A stretch of DNA of 64,000 nucleotides from Camelus ferus (GCF_009834535.1 NC_045707.1:55678001-55742000), one strand, 5' to 3'; positions 24,701 through 38,324 are shown, numbered from the stretch's first letter. The notes: generated by a model not told the origin, from the letters alone. Made by a program: numbers and translations.

Positions 24701-26454
24701 TTTGCTATAATTATGTTACACATGTTTTCATCATGTGTTTTACGAATGTGTCACGCAGGAGAGAACCAGATCCCAGACGTCTGAATAATAGTCCACATGT
24801 AAACAACCTTAACTGATTTGTTGAAACAACACATCAGATATCAAGTTAATGATGGGTAACATGGTAAAAATATAATAATATTGGAGGGAAGATACCTTTG
24901 GAAAACTTTATCAGCTTTGTTAATTCTCATGAGAACAAGGATTTAAATGGTTTTATTATATGGTATGCTAAGTTATTCTTATCCCAGCTCTGTTATAGAA
25001 ATTCTAGGAGCATAAATTCCCTATTAAATGGACTCTGGCATGAAACACCTGGAGCAAAACTAATCTGGAGATCATCACTCAAGCCAAGGAATGAGTTGAA
25101 TGGAAGGGCCATACCATCATAACAAGACACTAGATGCCAGTAACAGATGATACTGTCTGTTTGTTGGTTTTCTCAACTATCTTTCTTTTATTCACTTATT
25201 CCTCAGCAGTGAGTGACATTTTTTGGTATTAAGTACTGAGCCTGGCACCAGGGTTTTAATTGTGAATAAATCTTGTGTTTGATCATGATTAGAATCTAGT
25301 GAGGAATACAGTCAAGGAAACCACATTTGACGCAGAAGCAATTATAGAGATATTGAAGATATTGGAGAATCTGATAATAATTATAGACTCCCTTCCAAGA
25401 AAGCGCATATTCTAATTATACCAAGATTTAGTATGCAGTTTCAGAGGCTTCCAGGACCCTCAAACATTCATCCACAAACCACTAAATACTACCATCGAGT
25501 AAGAACATCTGGTTTACAGAGTCTCCCTAATTTGTATTTGTGTCCAACTGTCCAACACAAAAACGTTTTCAGTGAAATGTGAACATTTTCTGTAGGTATA
25601 GTTTTCTGTGGATAAAAATATCCTTGCCATCAGCCAGCAGCCTTTGGTACAGAAGGAGTTCTGGAGACTCACCACAGCTAGTCTAAACTTCACCAATGCA
25701 TGCCCTGTTGTGTTTACACAGTCATCTGTTTATAAAGAGCTGATTCAATGAGCATAAAGATGATTTTTATTTAACTTGTTCCCACACCCGGCCATCTACC
25801 AGAAGGATTAATTATAAGGTAAAAAGAAAAGGCCATCAAATAGAATTGGCCTGATAAAATATCTGTTTGTGGTAGAAATACTTCATTGATATTTCTGGTT
25901 TCATTCAAAGCTAAACCCAGACCTTTTTTTTTTTTTTTTTCCAGCTTAAATCTCCATGTTCAACCATTTTGAGGTTGCCAATGTAGAAGCTGCTAATTTT
26001 AAAAAGTAACTGAAAAATACTAAAATAACTTTTCAGTTGTCAACTGAAACCTCCCATGAATTTAGTTAGAAAAAAAGATTTTTCCCCTTTTTCTACAAAT
26101 TAATAAAAAATATCCAATTGAAATGCACTTAAGTATAGATCTAGATACTCTGGAAAATTAGCTGAGTTTTTATCTAAAATAACAAGAAATAACTGATACA
26201 AGCAAATGTTTCTTTTGGAAGAAAACTGGTTGACTAAATAAAGTAGATGTATTTTTATAGAATGAGAAATTAAAGCTCAGATTCATCAAAGAGGAACCTG
26301 GTTCTACAGGGAAAATGACATAATCCTATAGACAACACTTTCCAACTCTTATCAGTATTACTATTTATACTAGCAAACGTTTTCGGTTTTAATTTTATTC
26401 AAATTCGATTCTATAGGCATAGACTTAGTCAAAGGAAAAACAACGCAAAACACT

Positions 26455-26760
26455 CTTCATTCATTTAACACACTATTCATTCATCCACTTAGCATGCATT
26501 TATTCATCCTTCCAATCAGTTAACTTAGTAAATATCTACTGAGTAACTTCCACTTGTTGTGGCCAAGGATTGGAAAGGAGACTGGACTGGAGCAGTGAAC
26601 TAGGGAACTGGTATGAAGATGTGAGGTCAGAGATGTAGGCAGGAGCCCATCCAGAAGGCCTCAGTGGGGCAGAATAGAGTTCAGATTTTCTTACAAATGC
26701 AAGATGAACCCATTCAAATGTTTTAAATAAGCACTTGATAACAAACAGACCTATTTTAAA
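26455..26760 (-). mobile_element. L2 fragments
   Basis: (CATT)n tail and GATGTGAGGTCAGAGATGTAGGCAGGAGCC..GAGTTCAGATTTT reversed L2. Confidence 0.6.
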
Positions 26761-27439
26761 TCCATCTACTCTTAAATTTGAACCTTCTGCTCTGGTAAAA
26801 TTTGCTTTACAAGTTCTACCAAAACACATCTTGCACTTTTTTCCTTAGTGGCTGACTTCTTGCCATTTGGAAACCTGGACTTTTATAACAATTAGCCATT
26901 TAATGATATGAAAGTTTGAGGATCTAAAATACATGACCTTTGGAAATTAGGAAAAATATACTTGGAGGCACACTGAAGTCAGGAGATTTTAAGATCCGTC
27001 CAAACTGTTAGTTTCCATGACTAAGTGACTGTGAACATGCTGAGTCCACTCTACATTGACTCTAAGAGCCTATTGATTTGTGGCTATCTCTTCAAACTGG
27101 CTACAAAGCCATGCTTCTTTATTACATATAGATTGTCTTTCTCACACTTCTCTCAGGGTCACAGTACTGTCTTTCTTTGCCCTGCTGTTCCTTCATATCT
27201 CTTGTTACTAATGTCAGCAAATGTATCATGTAACCAAATTGATCAACAAACTTCTTTATACTAAACACTATGAAGGGTATCACAGGGGATACAAAATAGG
27301 AAACTCTCTTAAGGAAGAAACAGAAGAAGAAAAAAAATCACAGAATGTATTTTGGGCAAAGGGGCGAACAAGAAGAAAATAAAGGAAGTGAAAATCGTAT
27401 TTACTGTGTGGCTACCACTGCCAGCAAATTTATAAGGCA

Positions 27440-27660
27440 AACATGCATTTACTGAACACCAAGTATGTGTTACAGCTATTAACAGCTAACCTCACCATAT
27501 GATTATTAGGCACCAAGCAATGTGCTAAGCACTATGCATCTATTATCTCATGCAACACTCCCAGCAGCAATGTTAGTCAAATTTACAGGTATTATCATTA
27601 TCCCACATTATAAAGGAGGAAATCGGGAGAATCTGGCTCCAGAGGTTGGACACTTCATCC
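27440..27660 (-). mobile_element. MIR SINE
   Basis: GTGCTAAGCACTATGCATCTATTATCTCAT..GGTATTATCATTATCCCACATTATAAAGGAGGAAA..GGCTCCAGAGGTT. Confidence 0.6.
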
Positions 27661-28110
27661 AGAGTCTTCTCAAACTTCTGTTCAGGATAAGAATCACTTC
27701 TTACAAGGTTAAGAATCACTTGGAGCACTTATTTAGAAGACAGAAACATGAATGGTACCCTTTTTAGCAGGATGAGGCCAAGGAACATCAATTTTTACAA
27801 ACTCATAAACCACCATCAAGCACTACCACCACCATTACCACCACCACCACTACCACCAAACCATCACCCTAATCCAAATGCAATGAGTCTGATATTGATG
27901 GTATTTCAACTACATTTGAAAAAACTTGTGCTATGATACACTACATCCTCCAGCACCATGTTAAATTTCATGTGCACATACTCATCTAGAAATAATGATA
28001 AAATTCATACTCTGATTCAGTGACCTAAGGTGGCCCTAAGATCCTGTATTCCTAACAAATTAGAGATGATGCCAGTGTGACCAGTCCGAGAATCACATTT
28101 TCAATAGCTA
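27658..28110. mobile_element. Two adjacent hAT-Charlie MITEs (MER5-like) with internal (CCA)n
   Basis: TTCTCAAACTT..AGAATCACTTGGAG..TTTGAAAAAAC, then CTGATTCAG..TAACAA..GATGATGCC..CACATTT; (CCA)n at ~27810-27870. Confidence 0.55.
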
Positions 28111-28189
28111 AGACCTAGTACAGTACCAGAAACTTTAATATTAAAGATATAAGAAATGTAATTCTGTTCCATAAGAGAATTTATAGTTT

Positions 28190-29308
28190 CCATCAACAAA
28201 ATGAAAAGGCAGCCTACTGAATGGGAGGAAATATTTGCAAATCACGTATCAGACAAGGGATTGATAAAGAACTCATGCAACTATCAACAACAAAAAACAA
28301 GCCATATGATCAAAAAATGGGCAGAGGACCTGAATAGACATTTTTCCAAATAAGACACACAGATGGCCAGTAGGTACATGGAAAGATGTTCCACATCACT
28401 AATCACCAGGGAAATCAAAATCAAAATCACAATGAGATATTATTTCAGACCTGTTAAAATAGTTATTATAAAAAAGACAAGAAATAACAAATGTTGATGA
28501 AGATGTAGAGGAAACAGAATCCTGGTACACTATTGATGGGAATGTAAACTGATGCAGTCACTATAGAAAACAGTACAGAGGTTCCTCAAAAAATTAAAAA
28601 TAGAACTATCATATGATCCAGTAATTCCACTCCTGAGTATTTATCCAAAGAAAACAAAAAAGGACTAATTAGACAAGAAATACCCACACCAGTGGTTCAT
28701 TTCACTATTTTCAATAGCCAAATGGAAGCAACATATGTGTCCATCAATAAAGAAAATGGGATACATTTAAATACACACACATACACATACAACAGAATCT
28801 TACTCAGCCATAAAAAAAAGAATGAAATCTTGCAATATGCAACAACATGGATGGAGCTGGAGGGTATTATGCTAAGTGACATAAGTCAGAGAGAGAAAGA
28901 CAGACACTGTATGATCTCATTTATATGTAGAATTTAAAAAAATATCCACTAAGCTCATAGATACAGAGAACAGATTGGTGGTTGCCAGCAGCAGGGGCTG
29001 AAAGATGGACAAATTGGCTGAAGGGGGTCAAAAGGTACAATCTTCCAGTTATGAAATAAGTAAGTCATGGGGATGTAATGTACAATATAGTGACTATAAT
29101 TAATTACACTGTATTGCATATTTGAAAGGTGCTGAGAGAATAAATGTTCTTATGACAAGAAAAATTGTAACATGTACCTTAATATGTAGTGATGGATGCT
29201 CACTAGACTTATTATGGTGATCATTTTGCAATAGACACAAATATAGAATCCTTATGTTGTACACCTGAAACTAATATAATGTTATATGTCAATTTTAGCT
29301 CAATAAAA
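28190..29308 (+). mobile_element. 5'-truncated L1 (L1MA9-like): ORF2 C-terminus and 3' UTR
   Basis: INKMKRQPTEWEEIFANH-like coding relic; ORF 28692-28937 ends ..EILQYATTWMELEGIMLSDISQREKDRHCMISFIC; 3' end TGTTGTACACCTGAAACTAATATAATGTTATATGTCAA. Confidence 0.9.
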
Positions 29309-30122
29309 TCAAGTGTGTATAGCCTAGAGAAGCAGATGGAGATATAACCAGATGCTTTGGGAACATGAGGCATATGAAGTTAGAAAAGCTTACTAGAAAA
29401 AGACCCTTAAGCTGAGATTTGAAGGAAACAATCTCAATCAGTTGCATGCTCTCCAGGAAGACAGTTAATATAAGAAGTGTGGCAAATACAAAAACAAATA
29501 AGTAATTTAAGACAAGTATTTCTATATACTCCAGTATATACAAATACTGGAGACCTTTAAAAAAAAGAGAGAGATTACTTCTGACTGTCTCCCCTGTAAA
29601 TATCCCATACATTTACCAATGGTTTTATATCTCTTTACCAAGATGTCTTTCCCAGTAGACAGAGTTCCTGGGGAGCAGAAACCACCAGAATCATAGTGCC
29701 ATCAGTATCCATCACTTTGGCTCATATACAACACACATTTTATAAATGTATGTTGAATAACCACTGCAGGCCTCAAGCAGAAGATATGTTTAAAATCCTT
29801 GTAAACTTTCTGAATATAAAAGTGCTTAAGGGACAATATTCTGAATTGGCAAAACAGTGCAAGATGCCATTACTACTCTGGTTCCAATACTTCTCATTTT
29901 GAGCACTTGTCAATATCACAGAATGAGACCATACTCTGTGTTAAGCCTCAGTCATAAAGCACCAAAGACACCACCACCAAATTTTACATAAAGAAAGGCC
30001 CAAGAAGATCCTGCCTTCTGTTTATTTGTAGTTCTTGTCAAAGACAACAGTAGCTTCGTTCTTCAGATTGTTCAGATTGCTTCACCCTTAAGGTTGTCAG
30101 TTCCATGAGAATCACAAGCGTA

Positions 30123-30125
<3 letters not shown>

Positions 30126-30154
<29 letters not shown>
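30126..30154 (+). repeat. Poly(A) tract, 29 nt
   Basis: Uninterrupted A run. Confidence 0.95.
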
Positions 30155-30156
<2 letters not shown>

Positions 30157-30654
30157 AACCTACCCAGAAAATCTCAATAAGGCTTGATTACACTGTACTG
30201 GACATTTGGAAATCAAGTTGAATGTGACATAGCCTTATCTGCACACAGCATTGAAAGATATACATATTAACAACTCATAATGCAGTGTGATTTGGTGAGT
30301 TCTGCTCTAAGGGCATGACTCAAGACTTATCTTTTCACTCCGCATTCAACTCGTCTGTCAAATACCCTTCTGCCAGAAATCCTGAAGCTTTGCTGCACTA
30401 TGTATACTTCCCTTCTTGGCTATGGTTTTTTCATATCAAAGGCAGAGATCAGACCTAGAGGAGGCTAACCATTGACTAGCAAGCAGAGAGGGACTTTCTC
30501 ACAAGAATAGGGACTAAGTGAAATAAACACAGAAAGAAGGGAACTGAGTGATGCCATCAGTAAAATGCTAGAATAATTAGTGCTGCTCCCCCAGAGTTAC
30601 TGCTGTTATTCCCGGAGTTACACTGATTTCTTCCTTTCTTGGGAGTCTGTGACA

Positions 30655-30836
30655 ATTAAACACAAGAATTTTTGAAGCAGACAACCTTGGTTTGAATCTG
30701 AGTTCTTTCACTTCCTAGCTGTGTGACAATAAACAAGTCACTACCTCTAAGGGCTAAGCTTCCCCTGTGGCAAATGACATGATACCATTGCAGTCTACCT
30801 TAAAGGACTGCTATGAGGGTTGAACGGTAGACAGTC
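30655..30836 (+). mobile_element. MIR SINE (interrupted by MLT1)
   Basis: GGTTTGAATCTGAGTTCTTTCACTTCCTAGCTGTGTGAC..CAAGTCACTACCTCT..TACCTTAAAGGACTGCTATGAGG. Confidence 0.7.
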
Positions 30837-31347
30837 TGTGGGGGACAGACTTCTAAAATGGTACTAAGTGACCATCATCTCCTATATTCACGTCCAGATG
30901 TAGTTCCTTCTCTTGCATGTGGACTGAACCTAGTGACTTTCTCCTAACAGAATATCACAAAGATAACAGGATGGTACTTCCTGATTAAGTTACAAAAGAT
31001 TGTGATTTCTGACTTGCTATCAGACTTTCTTTTGCTGGCTTTGAAGAAGCAAGCTGCCATGCTGGAGAAGTCTGCTTGGCAAATGAACTGAGGGTTCCCT
31101 CCAGCCAACACCCAGCAAGAAATGAGGCCCTCAGTCCAACAGCCTTCAAAGCTGTTTATTAGGTGAAAAGTGCAAATCCTGAGCTGACATCTTAATTGCA
31201 GCTTTTTGAGAAACAATGAAGTAGAAGACCCAGTTAAGCCGTGCACAGCTTTCTGTTCCCACAGAAGTTGTGGTATAATAAATATGTATTGTTTTCAGCC
31301 ACTAAATTTGGGGCTCATTTGTTACACAGCCATGGATTACTAATACA
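30837..31347 (+). mobile_element. MaLR solo LTR (MLT1E/F-like)
   Basis: TGTGG start; GAAGCAAGCTGCCATG; AAGAAATGAGGCCCTCAGTCCAACAGCC; AATAAAT..AGCCACTAAATTTGGGG..TTTGTTACACAGC..CTAATACA end. Confidence 0.85.
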
Positions 31348-31449
31348 AATGTTTAATGTATGGGAAGAACATTTAATCTCTCTTCTCCATGAATCTCTCT
31401 CCATTTCATCTAATCTGTGTTTGTGTTACTTAAAAGCAAAATAGCCACA

Positions 31450-32300
31450 GGTGAGATATGGAGAAGGACAGGATTATTTCTTCCTGAGCACAAAAGCAGG
31501 GAAGTTTTTCACAAAGAAGAGGATACCTGTATTGTAATTTATAAGTGAGTAGAATTTTACCAGTCTAAGAAGGAAAGACAGTCACTGCAAGCAGAAGAAA
31601 CAAAATGATCAAAAGCATAAAAGTAGTGAGCTTTTCAACATCTTATTCCTTGAATTATTATTCAAGAGGTGATGTATGACCCACAGTGGCAAGAATGGGG
31701 AAAAAAGCACCAGGAGAATACATTGAAAAGGTCAGGTAGAAATAGGATTTGAACAGCTTTGAGACAGGCTAAATGAGTTCAAGTATGTTTTTTATGGCAG
31801 TGAGAAACCGAACTAAAGATTTGGTAATAAGAATGGAAAGAGGAGGAGAGATCAGGAAAAAAAAAAATTCTGAAGTAGAATTAGGAGGGTCTGCTGTTGA
31901 TTTGATATAGAGAGTTAGTAATGGGTGGAAGTGAAATTAGAAAGCAAAATGAGATGGAGGATGATGTGGAAACCTGGGAAGTACCAACAACCACAAATAA
32001 GACTCAAAATAGTATGTGGAAGATGCTGAGAATAAACTAACATGTGAAACAGGAGTAGCAACAGCCTGAGAGAAGTCATTGATATAAGTTCTGTACATGT
32101 CAAAAGCATACATTTTGAGAAAAAATCATTAGATGTTGTAACCGGAGCAGAGTTGTTGACCACCGAGAGCAATTTCAACAGAAAGTTCTATTCAGAATAC
32201 TGTATGCTGAGGAATGACCAAGGGACTGAAGCAGGCAACAGCAATGGTGAATTTAATCTTTTTTAAGAGGTAAGTAGAAGGAAAGCAAACTCGTGAACAA
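31450..32300 (-). mobile_element. L2 fragment, degenerate
   Basis: Purine-rich reversed L2 pattern (CAGGGAAGTTTTTCACAAAGAAG..GAGTAGAATTTTACCAG..GCAGAAGAAACA). Confidence 0.45.
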
Positions 32301-35300
32301 ATGGAGGTCCAGGGAATTTTTTTTTCTTTTGTAAAATTTATTTGGTGTGATTTTGTGTTACATGAGCAAGTCAGTGATGGTCAGAATCTGAAATGACAGA
32401 GTCAATACGAAGAAAATGGAAGACATTATGGAAAGAGTGGAGTCAACAACAGATCAAAGCCACAGACAAGATGGGAGTGGATGAAAAGACCATATTCTTC
32501 AGACTAATAGGAGTAAAAATTGGGAAAGGTGTAGTTTGGAGAAAATTTGAGCAAGCCCATTTTATTCAATCAAGACCAAAAGGTCATCTTTTGACAGTGA
32601 AGGCTCAAGGATGGATGGAAGAACTTAAGGAAAATGGTAATGGTTCGTGTCAGAAACAGGAAAGAGAATTGAAGAGGGATAAAGTTGCCAAGCAAAAGTG
32701 TCTTTAAAGGCCAAAAGAAGTGAGTAAAAGCATATCACTTTACCAGGTTTAGAAGGAAAGCTTATCTGACTTACAGTTGAAATTAGATTGATCCAAAAGA
32801 GCAGATACCTCTGAAATACGAGAATGTCAAAGAATCTTAAAAGCAATGTTTTCTCATTTCCCAAACACCCTCAATTGCAAGGCATATCATCAATTAAATG
32901 ACAACTTTCAGGGATAAAAACAAAATTAACTGTATCTGGCAATATTCTTTTGTAATCCATGACTCATCCAAGTTCTAGAAATACTAAAATGTATTTGAGG
33001 AAACACATTCATCTCTTAAGGAGACAGGTCTTTTCTTTGAATCCCTTTGTATTCCCAGCAGACCCACAACACTCAGAGTAGGATCTCCCTAAGTTTATTT
33101 TGCTACCTAAGTTCTTGATGATTTTTAATTTTTCATTCCAAGGAGATAAAGTCTTGGTGGTAACTAACAATGAATAAAATGGAAAAGAAAAACTGTCTTC
33201 TCTCCTAATGTAGACTGACAGATGTTTCTAAGGAAGATTCACTTTGAACTCGTAACACAAGATTTGTGATCACGTAATTATAGCATTAAAAGAAGTTGAT
33301 GTTTTGCAACACGTAGAAAAGGCTTAACTAACCAACAGCCGAAATTCAGTTGCAAGGAAAATATTTTACCTGAGTAGGCAAAAACTATTTTAAAGTATAC
33401 TAGAAGCAATAAAGAATATGAAAACACATTATGTTCTAATTACAAATCTATGGTATTTATTCTTCAGACCATTCCTAAGGGGTCACTATTGGGCAATAAC
33501 TTTGATGTCCTAAATTGAGATGCTACAATAAAGACTTACTTAAAAGTAATAAAACTATTTATACTTAGAGTTTTCTGTGATTGTGTATGCTGTTAATTTC
33601 AGAGTCTTTTCCCAAGGATTATTCTGCAATAATAATAAGCTCAGTTCTGTCTAGACGGCTCAGTGTTCTGAAAAAACCCCGCCCAGCCCCTGTTCCAGCT
33701 CCCCCATCTTATCATCCAACCCAAAGGCTCTCATGTCTGCCTGATAGCTCTGATATAGTCTTGTGACCTCATATCTAGATTCTGCCTTGTCCTTTTGGAA
33801 TGATGCCTCATTGGACTCCCTGCCTCAAATCTCATTTCCAGATTTGTCCCCTCAAAGCTGCCTTTTAGATTCCACTAAATGTCATAGTCTAGAGTCTCGA
33901 AGCCAGCCCTGTGGTTCCGTCCTGCCTGCCTGAAGGCTCAGACAATGTCCCTGGGGCTCACTCAGACTCTGAGCTCCTTGAGAACAAACGCAGTGGTTGA
34001 TGTATATGAGAAACTCCATTAATAATGAGTTAACAAATGAATCTAGCCCAGGCCCAGCACCCAGAGTATTGCTTCTCCAGGGAAGATGTTCAGACAAGTT
34101 CCTCTTTTCTAGACTACCTTACCCCCTGGTACAAAATCAGTGCTGCCTTCTGTATTTGCAAAATTATACAGCAATTAGATTAACACGATTTCCAGCTCAT
34201 TTAGCCTCCAGAAAACTCTAGAAGAGATCTAAGGGTTTTGATGTCTCATGCTGATGAGCAAAAATGGCTGAATGCCACTTCCAAAGGGCAAGGATCTCAA
34301 GAATCCCTGAAAGATTAGAGCAGTTGGGTAGTCCCCCGCCCATGAAATCCGAAAGGTACATTTATGAGACATAAACCCTGTCAGCTTTTAGGTATTCATG
34401 TCCTGAATCACCAATTTAAGCCACAAGGGGAGACTTTGAAGCCTTTCCAACAGAAATTCCCTGGAATTTTTCAACGAATTCAGTTTAATTTAAGGCAGAA
34501 TGTTAGCATCGTCAATGAACTTGAAGAAAAGGAGGAGGTCGTGTAAGTCAGTGCTCAGAAACTGATGAGTACTGTACTTCAAAGAAAATAAATCTCTTCT
34601 GATGAGTCTGACAGGAAGCATGATGATGGGAAATCTGTACCTGAAAATGTGGTTAGTGAGCAGAGTTCAACTGTATTTCTTCCCCGAATTGTATTCCTTC
34701 TCCATCTGGAGCCTAGAAACCTAAGCTCTTCGTGGAGAATATCTTTCTAAAGAGCACAACAATCAGGGTAAATGTCATCTTCATTAATCATCCCCTCATA
34801 TAATAGAGTCAACTGTAAAATTGTATGAAGTCTAATTTCCTGGGGAGAAGAGGGGTTACAGCGACACGGAGCAACTATCAGACCTAAATGTTAACTAAAG
34901 CAAGCATCTCTCTTCATGTGCCTCCAACTGTTAACAGCTCCTGCAATTTTCTCTTTTTTCCCCCATTCTCCCCTGTCCCCACCACACTCTACGAAAAAAA
35001 CACCATCAAGGAGAAAACTAAAAATGACCCTTAAATGAAAAGTTCATTTTAGAGAGAAAAGCGCACTCTGGGAATCCTCTATTTTATCAAATGGGACTGA
35101 CTTTTCCATCTACCCAAAGTACTATAAATATCAAATTTAAAATAATCTGTGACAAATTATCACTGGCATGTTCTTCTCTGATGTTCACAAAAAGGAAATA
35201 TTCTAAAGCAACCTCGTGGCGTGACATAGCACTTGGAAAGGGCTCTTCAATCCACTGACAGTGTTTTCATGGACAAAAATACAAGTTCTGTTGAAGCTCT

Positions 35301-35599
35301 TTCTGTCACCTGTGACAGCATCGGGAGTACTATCCTCTACTGGCTTTTAAGTGAAATGACAAGTTACCAGTTGTTTACCTAACTGAAATCAGTTGAAATA
35401 TTAGCACGGAACAGAATAATGGATTGAAGAATGAACAAAACAAAGGTGTGATTTACTGTCAGAAAGACCAAATAGACACACATACACACACACACACAAA
35501 CCCAAGAGCAATACCAACAACAAAAATCCTTATTATACTGCAATCAACAGAAATCTGTAACAGATTCAATAAAATGAGTATATACATCAAAGTGTATTT

Positions 35600-35813
35600 T
35601 TGTTTTACAAACTCTTTTTGTAAAAGGCCAAATAGTAAATATTTTGGATTTTATGGGCAATATGCTCTCTCACAACTAGTCAACTCTGCCCTGCAGTGTG
35701 AAAGCAGCTGTTGACAAATGCCACCAAAATGGCATGGCTACATTTCAAGATTTACCCACAAAAATAGGTGGCAGGCCACATTTAGCCAGGGGACCACGGT
35801 CTGCCTGTCTTTG
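35600..35813. mobile_element. hAT MITE (MER58A-like)
   Basis: CAAACT..TGTAAAAGGCCAAATAGTAAATATTTTGG..CAACTCTGCC..GTGAAAGCAGC..CAAAAATAGGTGGCAGGCC. Confidence 0.8.
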
Positions 35814-36039
35814 ATTTATACCAGCACATGTAACCTGTTGGGCAAGCAATACACACTGGCAAAATTTGAATGAATAAGTAGGTACACAGTGGATAGGACT
35901 TTTGAACACTTATATGCAAATACATCTGTTTTAACAGGAAAGAACTGTTTCACGGGGTCTAACTAAATAATAAAATCTTAATTTAGTACTGGAAGTGACC
36001 TTAAAATATCTAAATATCAACTCATTAATTTTATAGATG

Positions 36040-38038
36040 TCTTTCAAGTTCCTGTTAATATTGATATCTGACCCCTTCCCATGAATCAGGAATGTTCTTA
36101 ATGGCATCTAGAATACTGAATACTTTCCAAAAGGTTTTCAATTTACTTTGCCAGATTCATCAAAGTCACTATCTGTAATAGCTATAGCCTTGCAAAATGT
36201 ATTTCTTAAATAAAAAAATTTGAAAGTCAAAATTATTCCTTGGTCCATGGGCTACAATCAAAGGCACGAAAATACCAAGAATCTCATTGTACATTTCCCT
36301 CAGAGTTCTTGGGTGACTAGGTGCTTTGTCAATGAGCAGTTAATATTTTGAGGAAAAAAAATCTTTTTTTGTGAGCAGTAGTTCTCAATAACAGGCTTTA
36401 AATATTCAGTAAACCATGTTGTAAATAGATGTGCCCTCATCCTAAATGTATTGTTCCATTTAGGGAAAAATTCTTAAGGGTGCTAGGATTTGGGGAATAG
36501 CAAATGAGCACTGGCTTAAACTTAAAGTCACCAACTGAATTAGCTAGCCCCTAATAAGAGTCAGTCTGTCCTTTGAAGCCAGGCATTGACTTCTCCTCTG
36601 TAGCTATGAAAGTCCTAGATCGTATTTTCTTCCAATAGAAGACTTTTATCTACATTGAAAATCTGTTTTTTGTGCAGCCATCTTCATTAATGATCTTGGC
36701 TAGATATTCTGGATAACTTGCTGTTTCACCTTGAGCTTTGATGTTATGGAAACAGCTTCTTTCCTTAAATCTGATGAATCCACTTCTGCCTGCTTCAAAC
36801 ATTTCTACAGCTTCCTCACCTCTCTCAGCCTTCATAGAATTAAAGAGTGAAGACCTCGCTCTGAACTAGGCTTTGCCTTAAAGGAATGTTGTGGCTGTTT
36901 TGATTTTCTATTCAGACCACTAAAACTTTCTCCATATTGGCATCAGGCTGTTTAAACTTCTTATCATTCAACTCACTGGAGTAGCACTTTTAATTTCCTT
37001 TGAGAACGTTTCCTCTGCGTTCAAAAAACTTGGCTAACTGGCTGGTGCAGGAGGTCTAGCTCTTGGCCTGCCTCGGCTTTCAACGTGCCTTCCTCACTGA
37101 GCTGAATCCTTTCTAGCTTTATACTTAAAGTGAGAGACTATGACTCTTCCTTTCACTTGAACACTTAGAAGCCTTTGTAGGGTTATTAACTGGCCTAGTT
37201 TCAATATTGTGTCTCAGGGAATAGAGAGTCCTGAAGAGAGGAAGAGAGACTGGGAATGGTCAGTTGGTGAACACACACAACACTTAGCAATTAAGTTCAT
37301 CATCTTATACGGGGCACAGTTCATGGTCACCCAAAACCGTTATGATAACATCAGAGATCAGTGGTTACAGATCACCATAACAAATATCATAATAATGAAA
37401 AAGTATGAAATCCTGCAAGAATCCAGCAACATGAATCGACCTAAAGTTTATCATATTAAGTGAAGAAATTCAGACAGAGAAAGACAGATATCATATAACA
37501 TCACCTATACATGGAATCTAAAAAGAGACAGAGAGAGAGACAAATGGACATATCTACAAAATAAAAAAGATTCACAAAGAAAGCAAACTTATGGTTACCA
37601 AATGGGAAAGGTGGGGGGAGGGATAAATTAGGAGTGTGGGATTAGCAGGCACAAACTACTGTATGTAAAATAGATAAACAACAAAACCCTACAGTATCAG
37701 AAGGGGAACTATATTCAATAGCTTGTAATAACCTCAAATGAAAAAGTATTTGAAAAAGATTATGTATATATACTTACTATACTATACACCAGAAACTAAC
37801 ACAACATTGTAAATCAACTATACTTCAATTTAAAAAAATTAAAAATAAGAAATATTTCAAGAATCACCAAAATGTGACAGAGACACAAAGTGAGTAAATG
37901 CTATTGGAAAAAATGGTGCTGATAGACTTGCTTGATGCAGTGTTGCCACAAACCTTCAGTTTGTAACAAAACAAAACAAAACCCTAAATTATCTGTGAAG
38001 CACAGTAAAGCAAAATGCAATAAAATGAGGCATGCCCA
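36040..38038 (-). mobile_element. Tigger1 (TcMar-Tigger) DNA transposon fossil, truncated on the left, interrupted by L1
   Basis: ORF 36650-36835(-) [37 protein letters not shown].. matches Tigger1/TIGD1-type transposase; right terminus GTTGCCACAAACCTTCA..CAATAAAATGAGGCATGCCCA|TA resembles the Tigger1 end. Confidence 0.9.
37423..37848 (+). mobile_element. 5'-truncated L1 3' end inserted in Tigger1
   Basis: L1 3' UTR (ACACCAGAAACTAACACAACATTGTAAATCAACTATACTTCAAT plus A tail); 16-bp TSD GAAATCCTGCAAGAAT (37407-37422) / GAAATATTTCAAGAAT (37849-37864). Confidence 0.9.
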
Positions 38039-38324
38039 TATCTTCAAACCATAGATGGAAACCTATACCTACATAAAGTGGTAAACCCAGATGTTTCATA
38101 GCACCGAGGACCCTGAATCCCCAGGTATGTGGTCCCCAGGTCTCCCTGTTTCTGATCTTTGGGCTAAGCCACTCAGTTCCCTAATCCAAAGTCCTTGGAT
38201 CTCAGTACCAGGATCTATGGCGCTAGAATCCACAGGTACTTCTCTCTTAAGGCTCCACAGCCAAGAGTTCCACAGAGGACAGCATACAGTGGCAGGGAGG
38301 CAGATGTTAGAAAGCAGCAGAGAT

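Noticed and set aside
27748..27936. Proline/histidine-rich protein ORF
   Set aside because: Translation of a (CCA)n microsatellite inside a MER5-like element.
34250..34620. Hammerhead ribozyme or C/D snoRNA (three CTGATGAG motifs at ~34252, 34562, 34598)
   Set aside because: None is followed by a stem II closed by GAAA with matching stems I and III; no terminal stem for a C/D snoRNA. An Infernal/Rfam scan would settle it.
34490..34665. Minus-strand exon starting at CACTAACcacattttcAG|GTACAG
   Set aside because: All three frames hit stops within ~50 codons, no convincing donor, branch point unusually close, peptide not recognised.
36650..36835. Domesticated TIGD1-like gene
   Set aside because: Only a 61-aa open piece within a frameshifted, truncated, L1-interrupted Tigger1 copy.
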